This document shows positions 1 to 8,830 of a DNA stretch of 64,000 nt, one piece after another. The stretch lies in assembly GCA_963666365.2 (NCBI GenBank), contig CAXXNF010000001.1, forward strand, positions 217,281 to 281,280, written 5' to 3'. The stretch is from Syntrophales bacterium. GTDB lineage: Bacteria > Desulfobacterota > Syntrophia > Syntrophales > UBA2210. The notes under the pieces were generated by a model. It was not told the DNA's origin. It saw nothing but the letters and a program-made list of their open reading frames with translations, and did not search any database. Position 1 is the stretch's first letter, and every line of letters begins with the position of its first letter. The position numbers and the translations under genes are program-made.

Positions 1-564
1 GATGTCGCGCAGAAAAGGCTCCATATCGCCGTAATCAATGCGAACCGCCTTCGCAGGTTCTACCCCATCCAAGGCAGCATCAATGGCTTTGAGCAAATTC
101 TGCTTCCCGGAACCGTTTTTCATGGACGTGGGAACGACAGGAACTCCTATCGTCTTCGAAAGCTTTACAACATCTATTTCGGCGCCGCTCCGTTTCGCCA
201 CGTCCATCATGTTCAGATTCAATATAACGGAAATGTCCATTTCCAGTAGCTGAAAAGTAAAGTACAGACTGCGCTTCAGATTCGACGCATCTACGACATT
301 GATGGCAACTGCCGGGTTCTCATGAAGAATGAAATCTCGCGTGACTCGTTCTTCTGGAGAATAAAAAGTAAGGCTGTACGCACCGGGAAGATCAACCACT
401 TCCACCCTGACACCGTTATATCGATACCATCCGACCATCTTGTCCACGGTTACGCCGGGATAATTGGCCACGTGCTGGCTCGCACCGGTAAGTGCATTAA
501 ACACGGTGGACTTGCCGCAATTAGGCTGTCCGGCAAGAGAGATCAGGTACTTTTGGCCTTTCAT
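1..564 (-). CDS. feoB: Ferrous iron transporter FeoB, N-terminal GTPase domain (gene continues beyond the left window edge)
   Basis: Absent from the ORF track because there is no stop in the window. Manual reverse translation from the ATG at 564-562 gives MKGQKYLISLAGQPNCGKSTVFNALTG... with G1 (GQPNCGKS), G3 (DLPG) and G4 (NMMD) motifs. The ATG overlaps the feoA stop (ATGA). Confidence 0.9.
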   Translation of the reverse strand, partial: MKGQKYLISLAGQPNCGKSTVFNALTGASQHVANYPGVTVDKMVGWYRYNGVRVEVVDLPGAYSLTFYSPEERVTRDFILHENPAVAINVVDASNLKRSLYFTFQLLEMDISVILNLNMMDVAKRSGAEIDVVKLSKTIGVPVVPTSMKNGSGKQNLLKAIDAALDGVEPAKAVRIDYGDMEPFLRDI

Positions 565-785
565 GGCAGTTCCACCTCGACAAATCGAGCCTCTTCGTGA
601 CGGAGACTGATGCAGTAGCCGTCCAGTGCAACTTCCATGGGATCGTCAAGAGGGGCGTTTCGAATTACCCTCATCCTCAAACCGGGATACACCCCCATAT
701 CGAGCAGTCTCTGCCCCAGTGTATCGACTGTTTTCAATTTTTTAATACGACACTCGCCACCCGGTTTAATCTGATCCAGCGTCAT
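561..785 (-). CDS. feoA: FeoA family iron transport protein
   Basis: 74-aa ORF with an SH3-like FeoA signature (CRIKKL...LGQRLLDMGVYPGLRMRVIRNAPLDDPMEV). It is translationally coupled to feoB, with a GAGGAG RBS upstream. Confidence 0.85.
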   Translation of the reverse strand: MTLDQIKPGGECRIKKLKTVDTLGQRLLDMGVYPGLRMRVIRNAPLDDPMEVALDGYCISLRHEEARFVEVELP

Positions 786-802
786 GTTTCATTCTCCTCA
801 GT

Positions 803-856
803 TCAAAAACAAAAAGGCGCAACCTGATGCGCTTCGCACGCTTCAAGTTGCGCCTT
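803..856 (-). terminator. Rho-independent terminator-like hairpin about 15 nt upstream of the feoA RBS
   Basis: On the minus strand, AAGGCGCAAC (856-847) pairs perfectly with GTTGCGCCTT (823-814). The loop is 23 nt and is followed by TTTTTGTTTTTG (813-803). Confidence 0.45.
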
Positions 857-1051
857 CGCTTCCATCGCGCCGATAAAGGCCGACGGCCGCAAGCCGCACC
901 ACATAATGTTCGATTACTATACCTTAAAAATAATTGCCTAATGTACGTACTATTCTTACATCGTCACGCATTTTTAAATGCCCTTGATTCATCTTCATAC
1001 CCTCATTGATCTTCAACATATGATTTGCCCCTTCCGTTTCTGCTCGCGCAT

Positions 1052-1405
1052 TCACAAAAAATTCCTCTGGGACTGTGACACAGGCGATTCGATCAACACC
1101 TGCGTCAGTTTTTTACGCAAAATTTCAAGCTGCCTTGATTTGAAGGCCTTTCTACTCTGCTCCAATACTTCTATGGCTTCTTTAAGCGCATTTTCCAACT
1201 TGAGTTCTCTCGTTCGTGCATGACACATCCATTCAAGTGCGTGCAGAGAGTGGTCATCGCCCTGTTCTTTCAGAAAAGAAGCTACAAGAATGCAATGTGC
1301 AGTTATACCGCGTTGAAGCTCTTTCATGCTTGCGCTGAGCGCATTAAGTAGAGTTGTATCTGAGATCTGCATAAACTTATATTTACCTTCCAATGTTATA
1401 TTCAT
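1052..1405 (-). CDS. Hypothetical helical protein
   Basis: 117-aa ORF between the dtxR-like gene and feoA on the same strand. I recognise no motif. Confidence 0.4.
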   Translation of the reverse strand: MNITLEGKYKFMQISDTTLLNALSASMKELQRGITAHCILVASFLKEQGDDHSLHALEWMCHARTRELKLENALKEAIEVLEQSRKAFKSRQLEILRKKLTQVLIESPVSQSQRNFL

Positions 1406-1484
1406 CTAACAATACTGACAAAAAAAACCAGCGGGACATTTCTTTTCAAAAAACGGATGGCACTTCAGATTCCTTCTCACATAC

Positions 1485-2042
1485 TCACCCCTCATTATCT
1501 TCATTGTCACCCAAATCAATCTGGCTTCTAAATTCACAGGAAAACGCTGCGCCGTTCTTTCGACATTTGTCAGGATCGCAGCCCTGCTGCCGGTATTCCT
1601 CGAAATAGCGAAGCCAGCTCTCGCCGGTTCGTGGGCATATCTGAACAAATTCCATAAAGTCCGTCAACGTTGCCAGCGTTGAGGCACTGAGTATATGCTC
1701 CATTTTGCAGGCCTCTTCGTCGGCAACGGTGCCTTCGATTCGCAATATTTCAGTCAAAAACCTGCGCAATGCTTCGTGCCTGCGGCGCATCTCCTTTCCG
1801 ACGGCGGCTCCGCTTTTCGTCAGCTCTACATATTCATATCGTTCGTAATGGATCAATCCATTATTTTTCAATGTTTTCAACATGCTGGACACGGTGGGCA
1901 TCTTGACGTTCATCCGCTTGGCGATATCTTTGACGCGCACCACCCTTTTTTCCTTATCGAGATCGAAAATGGTTTCCAGATAGTCTTCCATGACCGACGT
2001 CAAAGGTTTCTCATCCTCTTTTTTTTCATTATGGAGTATCAC
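1485..2042 (-). CDS. DtxR/MntR-family metal-dependent transcriptional repressor with a Cys-rich C-terminal tail
   Basis: MEDYLETIFDL...VRVKDIAKRMNVKMPTVSSMLKTLKNNGLI (wHTH) plus a metal/dimerisation helix region (RRRHEALRRFLTEIL). GTG start at 2042 is preceded by an AAGGAG RBS. It lies next to feoAB. Confidence 0.85.
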   Translation of the reverse strand: MILHNEKKEDEKPLTSVMEDYLETIFDLDKEKRVVRVKDIAKRMNVKMPTVSSMLKTLKNNGLIHYERYEYVELTKSGAAVGKEMRRRHEALRRFLTEILRIEGTVADEEACKMEHILSASTLATLTDFMEFVQICPRTGESWLRYFEEYRQQGCDPDKCRKNGAAFSCEFRSQIDLGDNEDNEG

Positions 2043-2056
2043 GATGCATGCTCCTT

Positions 2057-2072
2057 GTTAGAATTATCTAAC
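2057..2072. promoter_or_regulatory. Candidate DtxR-type operator (GTTAGA-N4-TCTAAC) just upstream of the repressor gene RBS
   Basis: Inverted repeat GTTAGAATTATCTAAC read directly from the sequence. The TTAG...CTAA half-sites resemble DtxR/IdeR boxes. Confidence 0.3.
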
Positions 2073-2285
2073 ATAGATTTGATTAACTAATAATTTACTC
2101 TGCCCTTCATGTCAAGCTTTTTTTGAAATAGTCTTGCGGCACACAGCGCAATATTGTACTCTTCTTCGCGTCGGGAACCGTTTTCCATCGCTGTACTCTT
2201 TGAAACTCCAGGGGACTTACACCACACAGACAGCCGCCACTACAAAGGATAGGGCGGTAATAACGCATTTAAAAGGGAGAACTCC

Positions 2286-3536
2286 ATGGCTGACAGGAAG
2301 GATTCCATTGTTTTTACGCCAGGCAGAATCGGCGCCATCGAGCTGAAGAATCGGCTCATCCGTTCCGCAACCTTCGAACATATCGCAACGGCCGAAGGAG
2401 AAATATCGGATGCGCTTATCGACTTTCACCGCACCCTTGCAAAGGGCGGCGTGGGGCTTATCGTAACGGGAATCTCATGGTTTTACCCTTACAGGGAAGC
2501 ACCGCCGCATATGGCGAGAGTCGACAGCGATTCTTTCATCCCGGGACTGCGAAGACTTGCCCGCGCGGTCCATGAGGCCGACCGGGATTGCAGGATCATG
2601 CTCCAGCTGCATCATCCCGGCCGCCAGGTGACACGCCCGGAGGAGGCGGAGAAGATCGCCGCCGTAATCCCCCCTGCCCTTCTGAGAGTCATGCAAAATC
2701 AACCGGAAACGGGCAGCGACAGTCCTGCGCCGCCGCATGCCGTCGAAGAACCGGTGGCCCCATCTGCCGTGCGGGATACCCTTTACGATCGTATCCCCCG
2801 GACCTTGACCGTCGACGAGATAGAACAGATAATCGACAGTGCCGCCGAAGCCGTTCGCCGGGCCCGGGACGCCGGATTTGACGGGGTCCAGCTCCATGCC
2901 GCCCACGGCTGGCTCCTCTCTTCGTTTTTGTCTCCCAGGACCAATCGCCGCACCGACCGATACGGCGGTTCCACCGAAAATCGCGCGAGGATCGTCACGG
3001 AGATCTACCGCCGGGCGAGAACAAAAGTGGGGGACCGTTTTCCTCTGTTAATCAAATTCAATGCCACTGATTTTCTTCCCGGCGGCACGGATCTGGAGGA
3101 AGGCATCCGGGTGGCGAAGATTCTCGCGGAGACCGGCTTTGACGCGGTCGAGGTAAGCGGAGGAATGTGGGAGGCGACAACCCGCAGTGAGGATGAGCTG
3201 GGATGGCCGCCCGTGCTCCTGCCCGAATCCAGGACGAATATCAGGACCATCGATCAGGAAGGCTACTTTCTGCCGGCCGCAAAGGCCGTCAAGGACCACA
3301 CGGCCAATACCGTCATTTCCGTCGGAGGATACCGCTCTTTTCGCAAGATCGAGGATGCCCTCGCATCGAAGAGCGCCGATTTTATCTCGCTGTCCCGACC
3401 TCTGATCAGACAGCCCGATCTTCCCAACCTCTGGTACTCGGGAGCGGGACCGGACAGGGCGGAATGCATTTCCTGCAATGCCTGCCTGCCCGTCGGCACC
3501 TTAACCACCGTCTGCCGGGCGAAAGGCCAGAGGTAA
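2286..3536 (+). CDS. NADH:flavin oxidoreductase, Old Yellow Enzyme / 2,4-dienoyl-CoA reductase N-terminal-domain family
   Basis: FTPGRIGAIELKNRLIRSATFE... and GFDGVQLHAAHGWLLSSFLSPRTNRRTDRYGGSTENR are the OYE TIM-barrel signature. GGGAGA RBS. Confidence 0.85.
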   Translation: MADRKDSIVFTPGRIGAIELKNRLIRSATFEHIATAEGEISDALIDFHRTLAKGGVGLIVTGISWFYPYREAPPHMARVDSDSFIPGLRRLARAVHEADRDCRIMLQLHHPGRQVTRPEEAEKIAAVIPPALLRVMQNQPETGSDSPAPPHAVEEPVAPSAVRDTLYDRIPRTLTVDEIEQIIDSAAEAVRRARDAGFDGVQLHAAHGWLLSSFLSPRTNRRTDRYGGSTENRARIVTEIYRRARTKVGDRFPLLIKFNATDFLPGGTDLEEGIRVAKILAETGFDAVEVSGGMWEATTRSEDELGWPPVLLPESRTNIRTIDQEGYFLPAAKAVKDHTANTVISVGGYRSFRKIEDALASKSADFISLSRPLIRQPDLPNLWYSGAGPDRAECISCNACLPVGTLTTVCRAKGQR

Positions 3537-3704
3537 GGGAGACCCGCCTCCGATCGAGCGCTTTACATCACTCTCTTTTCTGCCCGGGCTTGATCCGAAA
3601 TCAGAAAAGGGCTTAAAAACCGGCTGCCTTCCGGACTTGACCCGGGATCTGCCGGCTCAACGAACTTGATGCTGCTATGAGGCTCTACAAGGGAGGGATA
3701 GAGG

Positions 3705-4308
3705 ATGGGAAAAATCTTTCTTGAAACGGTCCGTTCGGAGAGATTGGCGCACCTGTCCTATGTGGTCGGTCGTGGCGGAAAAGCGGCCGTCATCGACCCC
3801 CCGCAGGGACAAACGTCGATATATGGACATCGCCTACCGCTATCCCGCACACGGCGCCGGTTCAGTGTGCGGGGCCGGCATGGCCGATCGGAAGTTTACC
3901 ACACTGGGCTACGAACGAAGGCACAACCCTGTCTTGCGGAACACAAACGAGGGACTGCATGCATGGCAAATCAGCGGACGCACCTACGATCAGATACCTG
4001 CCGTTCACGCCTCGGAATTGGTCAGGAGAATCCAATCCGAAGAAAGCTTTACTCTTCTGGATATCCGCAAAATCGACGAATATGAAGAGAGACGACTGCC
4101 CGGTGCGGTCCATATCTTTCTGGGGGAACTTCCGGAAAGGCTTAACGAGATTCCTAAGGATCGGCCTGTCGCAACTTTTTGCGGCAGCAGCCAGCGGGCC
4201 ATCATCGTCGCATCGATTCTGAAACAACATGGCTTTACAATGGTGGAAGACTCCCTGGGATCGATGGCGGCATGTCAGGCTATCGGCTGTCCTATAGTAG
4301 CGCGCTGA
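3705..4308 (+). pseudogene. Decayed MBL-fold hydrolase / rhodanese fusion gene (frameshift plus internal deletions)
   Basis: Frame 0 gives MGKIFLETVRSERLAHLSYVVGRGGKAAVIDP. After a run of six C (3797-3802) the homology continues in the +1 frame as RRDKRRYMDIAYRY. It then jumps directly to PAHGAGSVCG...TLGYERRHNP, so the HxHxDH metal-binding core is missing. The C-terminal rhodanese domain (FTLLDIR...ATFCGSSQRA) is intact. Confidence 0.6.
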
Positions 4309-4479
4309 GCCCGATGTTCATCAACAATGATTAGGGCGCAGGAATTACTCTTGCGATGAAAGCGGTCATAGTATACTCTTCGCAATTACGGGAACCGTTA
4401 TCATTCATCGCACCCAGGCTGTGTTCAGGATTGTTCTTTCGCCATCTTTCGCTTCAGTTCCGACTAAGGGGGGAACACT

Positions 4480-5373
4480 ATGAATAGAGCTGCCTCAATC
4501 ACTATCAAAAACGAAACCTGCACTCTCTGCGGTCTCTGTGCGGAAGTATGTCCCATCCCGGTTATCAGAAAAGATGGTAACATGGGAATGCGCATTCTCC
4601 CGGATCGGACGCCTCTCTGCATCAGTTGCGGCCAGTGCATGGCGGTCTGTCCTGTGGAAGCAATCACCGTTGAAGGATTGGACTATCTGCGGGACTTCTT
4701 TCCGTTGCCCTCCGACGGGACAGTCGAAACGCCCTTTTTGAAGATGATCCAAACGCGCAGATCGATACGGGTGTTCAAGGATACACCGGTACCCCGTAAA
4801 GTACTGGAGAAGGTGGTGCAGGCGATCGCCTTCGCGCCTCCCGGCTTTCCGCCTCTTAAAACCGAACTCGTCGTAGTTGAAGACAGGGGGGTGATTCGCC
4901 GGGCTTTGCCGGAAATAATCACCTTCTATGATAAATTGATAACGGCAATGAGAAATCCCATTGCCCGTTTTTTCATTCGCCGTAACGCAGGACCATCGAC
5001 ATTCACGACACTGGAAAATCATGTGGTGCCGTTGATGAAGAGCCGTCTCTCGGATTTAAAGGGCGGAGTCAATGACACGATTACGCGCAATGCCCAGGCA
5101 ATGCTACTATTTCATGCCGCCCGCAATGCCGAGAACTATGAGACGGACATACACATCGCCCTGACTTATGGATTGCTGATCGCACACGAACTGGGCCTGG
5201 GGGCGACCGCGATAGACCTCATTCCTCCGGCGATCGAGCATAGCCCCGCGTTGCGCAGGCTGTTCTCAATACCGGATGGGAATGTCGTGGTGTCTTCAAT
5301 GGTCCTGGGCTATCCCCGCTACCGGTACCAGCGGAGCATCAAGCGCGACCTCAAGAGCGTAACCTGGATATGA
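4480..5373 (+). CDS. 2x[4Fe-4S] ferredoxin domain fused to a nitroreductase-family domain
   Basis: CTLCGLCAEVCP and CISCGQCMAVCP cluster motifs, followed by TRRSIRVFKDTPVPRKVLEKVVQAIAFAP (nitroreductase N-terminus). Confidence 0.8.
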   Translation: MNRAASITIKNETCTLCGLCAEVCPIPVIRKDGNMGMRILPDRTPLCISCGQCMAVCPVEAITVEGLDYLRDFFPLPSDGTVETPFLKMIQTRRSIRVFKDTPVPRKVLEKVVQAIAFAPPGFPPLKTELVVVEDRGVIRRALPEIITFYDKLITAMRNPIARFFIRRNAGPSTFTTLENHVVPLMKSRLSDLKGGVNDTITRNAQAMLLFHAARNAENYETDIHIALTYGLLIAHELGLGATAIDLIPPAIEHSPALRRLFSIPDGNVVVSSMVLGYPRYRYQRSIKRDLKSVTWI

Positions 5374-5440
5374 GCACTGCAGGCTGATCGCTGAACAGTC
5401 GGCGCCATGGCGTTATAGACTTCCTGTGTTCAGCGGACCC

Positions 5441-5644
5441 TTATTCATCGTGGTCTTCTTCGTCTTCTTCTTTATCGAATCCCATAACGTTCTCCAGGGC
5501 CACTGCTTCACGGCACTGCGGACAAAGATTATTCACCTGGGAATATCCGATATACCGAAGATATACGTCGGCATGCTCTTCGGAAGGGCTTAAGTTGTAC
5601 AAATCATCCTCAAAACTCCTTTCGCAGCGGATACATCGTCTCAT
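5441..5644 (-). CDS. Small zinc-ribbon protein with an acidic tail (hypothetical)
   Basis: 67-aa ORF with CIRC...CPQC pairs and a C-terminal EEDEEDHDE tail. Confidence 0.4.
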   Translation of the reverse strand: MRRCIRCERSFEDDLYNLSPSEEHADVYLRYIGYSQVNNLCPQCREAVALENVMGFDKEEDEEDHDE

Positions 5645-5891
5645 AATCGCCCCTTATAAACGTTTCTGAACCAAACTTTCGTGATGGTACTCCCAATTGA
5701 GGTATAACACCAGTATCATGTCATGCCGAAGGAGGTATTGGCATCTATTTTTTACCTCTCTTTCAGGAAAATCAGAGCTCTTGTCCACTCAATGATCACT
5801 CCTCTTTCCCGCTCTTTTTGACTATCGGGACTGCAGTGGTTATATTGTCATTCAACAGAAAACAGATCAACTACCACCGAAGGAAATCGCT

Positions 5892-6905
5892 TTGACCATT
5901 ATATTGAACAGCCTGAATTTCGTAAGAACGTATCTGCAGTATCTGATAATCGGAGTCATCGTTCTGGGACTTTTAAATGTGTATGTGTGTGGAGGGTTCG
6001 ACACACCCAAATCGGTGCTGCTTATCATCGTGGTGTTCTTTGTGATTTATCCAGTGCTGATAAATACAAAATTTTCAGAAATTATCGGACATTTACGGGA
6101 GCCAAGGCCCATTTTCTGCAGCATCGCACTAAACTTTATCATATCTCCTCTTATCGCCTATGGTGTCGGCTTAACGATGCTGTCGGATCAGCCGGAGTTC
6201 TTTGCCGCGCTGATTCTTCTCTCGCTGATTCCCACAAGTGCAATGAGCGCTGCCTGGACATCCTTTTCAGGCGGCAGCATGGCGACGGTTCTGTATTTAA
6301 TTCCATTGAATCTGCTCTTCGCAGCCTTTGTCGGATTGCCCTTCATACTGCCCGTACTCATCCGGGATGCCGTGTCGATACACCATGCGGCAATAATGAA
6401 AAATATCCTTCTTGTCTTTCTGATCCCACTTATTTTAGGCCAGATTACGCGCGTTTTTATCATTCGATATAAGGGAGCTGCCACATATCAGCGGCGTATT
6501 CAACCGGAACTGGGTGGAATCAGCGCCATGGGCATCCTGGTGCTTCTGTTTCTTGTAATGTCCCTTAAGAGAAACTCGATTCTACTCCACAATTACCATC
6601 TGATACTTACTGCTGTCGTTCCGGTTATACTCTATTACATTTCGCTGTATGTACTCAGTGTTGTATGGGCGAGGCTCCTTGTCCGGCGAAAGATCCTGTC
6701 GCCGGACAAGGCGATAACGATAATCTATACGTCTATCACCCGACATGTAAATATTTCCCTTGCTCTGGTTCTTTCCGCATTTCCTCTTGCGCAGGCTTCA
6801 TTAATGATTCTGCTCATTGTCATAGCCTATATTATGCAAGTGCCAAGCATGGCGTTTTATGCACAGCACTATGGCAAGAAATTTGTCGCCGCAGGACCTG
6901 GTTAG
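5892..6905 (+). CDS. Bile acid:Na+ symporter (SBF-like)/ACR3-superfamily permease
   Basis: Polytopic membrane ORF. SLIPTSAMSAAWTSFSGGSMATVLYL parallels the BASS [23 protein letters not shown] region. TTG start with a GAAGGA RBS. Confidence 0.6.
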   Translation: MTIILNSLNFVRTYLQYLIIGVIVLGLLNVYVCGGFDTPKSVLLIIVVFFVIYPVLINTKFSEIIGHLREPRPIFCSIALNFIISPLIAYGVGLTMLSDQPEFFAALILLSLIPTSAMSAAWTSFSGGSMATVLYLIPLNLLFAAFVGLPFILPVLIRDAVSIHHAAIMKNILLVFLIPLILGQITRVFIIRYKGAATYQRRIQPELGGISAMGILVLLFLVMSLKRNSILLHNYHLILTAVVPVILYYISLYVLSVVWARLLVRRKILSPDKAITIIYTSITRHVNISLALVLSAFPLAQASLMILLIVIAYIMQVPSMAFYAQHYGKKFVAAGPG

Positions 6906-7062
6906 CCTGTTCAGTATGATGCGTGCAACTGTTTTGTTTTGCAGCGCCTTCTCACAAATGGGAATATCTGCCCAGGAAATACCTGGCCTATCATGGACTG
7001 CATCTTAGAAGTATTTGCTCTTTGGCTTCTCGAACTCATGTATCCGATTGGAACAATGTACA

Positions 7063-7839
7063 CTATAAGACGTTACCCCTTAACCAGCCGGGACGGTTTG
7101 TGGTCAAGGAATCGACACCGAGACTGCAGAAACGCTTTGCTTTCGCCACTGTGTTGACAGTCCACAGATGAAGCTCCTTACCGGCCCCATGGACTGCATC
7201 GACAAGAAAACGATCGATGGCGGCGCAGGCCTTGCCGTCGACGCCGTCGGCGCCCGTCAGTTCCAGCAGTGTCAGCATATCGCCCACAGGGGGATTCCAG
7301 GTTTCTGTTGCGCGGTCTCGTTTAAAATCAACGATCAAGAATGCTTTCAAAAGGGGAAGCATGCGCTTCGCTTTCATGACGATCCCGGTGTCGAAAGAAA
7401 TAATCGCCATTTGTGTGGCGGCAAGTCCTGAAGATTCAACAATCTTTTTGAGGGATGCCATGATTTCAGGTCCGCTTTTGAGTTCCATGAATATTTTTTT
7501 TCCCTCGGGAACCGTGGCAAGCACCTCAGAGAGGGTCGGTATCCGTTCTCCTTTCCATTGGCAGCCTTTCCATAATCCAGCGTCCAGTCTCCGAAGCTCC
7601 CGAAGGCTCGTTGCAGCTACACTCAGTCGTACGCCGCAGGTACGCCTGGTGGTGGCATCATGGATGCACACTATTTCTCCGTCTCCTGTCAGGCGGAAAT
7701 CACCTTCAATGCCGTCGGCGCCTTCCTTCCAGGCACGATTGAAGGCTGAGATGGTGTTCTCCGGGGCACCATGGGAAGCGCCGCGATGGGCGATCAGTGC
7801 AGGCATGACCATTTGAGTCTGCAGGGGCACCCTATCCAC
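7063..7839 (-). CDS. Glycerophosphodiester phosphodiesterase
   Basis: LIAHRGASHGAPENTISAF...GADGIEGDFRLTGDGEIVCIHD is the GDPD catalytic signature. Confidence 0.85.
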   Translation of the reverse strand: MDRVPLQTQMVMPALIAHRGASHGAPENTISAFNRAWKEGADGIEGDFRLTGDGEIVCIHDATTRRTCGVRLSVAATSLRELRRLDAGLWKGCQWKGERIPTLSEVLATVPEGKKIFMELKSGPEIMASLKKIVESSGLAATQMAIISFDTGIVMKAKRMLPLLKAFLIVDFKRDRATETWNPPVGDMLTLLELTGADGVDGKACAAIDRFLVDAVHGAGKELHLWTVNTVAKAKRFCSLGVDSLTTNRPGWLRGNVL

Positions 7840-7841
7840 CG

Positions 7842-8345
7842 TCAGTCTTTTCTCCGCTGTTGCATCTGTAGTCTTTGAACGGCAATGCCGGCAACGGTTA
7901 TAAGCACAAAGATGAGTGCGCCGATCGCCTCTTCAAGGCCCAGGGCAACCACTATTGCCCCGGCACCAGCCAGTGATGAAAGCATGATAAGCGCCCAGTC
8001 CATAATGAGTGCCGCAACTACCGCGCCGATTACTCCCCCTATAACGGGACCGACGACGCTGACGCTTCCTATATCGTAGAACCGGCACACTGAAAAAAGG
8101 AGATAGGCACCGGCATAGAAGCCCGCCAAGGCAAAACCCACACGCTGCGCAAGAATGGCGACCACAATGCCCGCCAGTCCGAGCCCGGCGCCGGCCAGGA
8201 ACTGCACCCATAGCGGCTGATCGGGCAGAAGAAAGGCGGTAAATTCCAGGCCGGCAAGAAACCCTGCAATGCCTACAAAACACCAGAAGAGCTCACGCCC
8301 CAAAGTAAGAAGAACGACCCCCAAAATTATAAGCAGAATGTGCAC
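7842..8345 (-). CDS. Gly/Ala-rich integral membrane protein (hypothetical)
   Basis: 167-aa ORF that is almost entirely hydrophobic helices. It lies 2 nt upstream of the GDPD gene. Confidence 0.55.
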   Translation of the reverse strand: MHILLIILGVVLLTLGRELFWCFVGIAGFLAGLEFTAFLLPDQPLWVQFLAGAGLGLAGIVVAILAQRVGFALAGFYAGAYLLFSVCRFYDIGSVSVVGPVIGGVIGAVVAALIMDWALIMLSSLAGAGAIVVALGLEEAIGALIFVLITVAGIAVQRLQMQQRRKD

Positions 8346-8376
8346 GCCTTGCCACCTAAGAGAAAAGTGTTCCCCT

Positions 8377-8571
8377 TCACTGTAATATTTCTTTTACGCG
8401 GCCCACCTGGCCGGATACAAGGCGGACCTTGATACCGTGGGGATGAAACGCCGACTTTGTCAGTATGTCCCGCACAATTCCCTCGGTCGTCCTCCCCGAT
8501 CGTTGATCCTCTTTAAGAACAATGGCTACAGCCATCCCCGGTTTTATTTCTTCACGCTTTGTTCCATTCAT
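8377..8571 (-). CDS. YwbE-family small protein
   Basis: MNGTKREEIKPGMAVAIVLKEDQRSGRTTEGIVRDILTKSAFHPHGIKVRLVSGQVGRVKEI matches the YwbE/DUF2196 pattern. The ORF track extends to 8637, but the family length favours the internal ATG at 8571. Confidence 0.7.
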   Translation of the reverse strand: MNGTKREEIKPGMAVAIVLKEDQRSGRTTEGIVRDILTKSAFHPHGIKVRLVSGQVGRVKEILQ

Positions 8572-8739
8572 GAAATTCGCACTTTTTAAACGCTTTTCAA
8601 TATAGTGATCAGATATAATACAATCCGAAGGAAGCATTTACCACCTCTTTCTCCTTTTAAACGCTGCTTTCTTACATAAAAATATCCCCCCTATGTCTAA
8701 AAAACATTTGTTGTAGTCTCTATCACTTTGGAGATGAAC

Positions 8740-8828
8740 GGGGACACTTCCCTATTTTTGTACGGCAACTTGCTTATTTTCATTTTTATATCATGCACTT
8801 ACAGACAAAAAAATAGGGAAGTGTCCCC
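8740..8828. repeat. MITE/REP-like inverted-repeat element, copy 1
   Basis: Perfect 20-bp terminal inverted repeats: GGGGACACTTCCCTATTTTT (8740-8759) and AAAAATAGGGAAGTGTCCCC (8809-8828), flanking a 49-nt core. It is homologous to 46872-46958 and lies 2 nt past the stop of the mod-operon last gene. Confidence 0.8.
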
Positions 8829-8830
8829 TT

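Noticed and set aside
8740-8828. The repeated GGGAAGTGTCCC-containing sequences as a CRISPR array.
   Set aside because: The copies are inverted rather than direct. They are tens of kb apart, there are only two and a half of them, and there are no regularly spaced spacers or cas genes.
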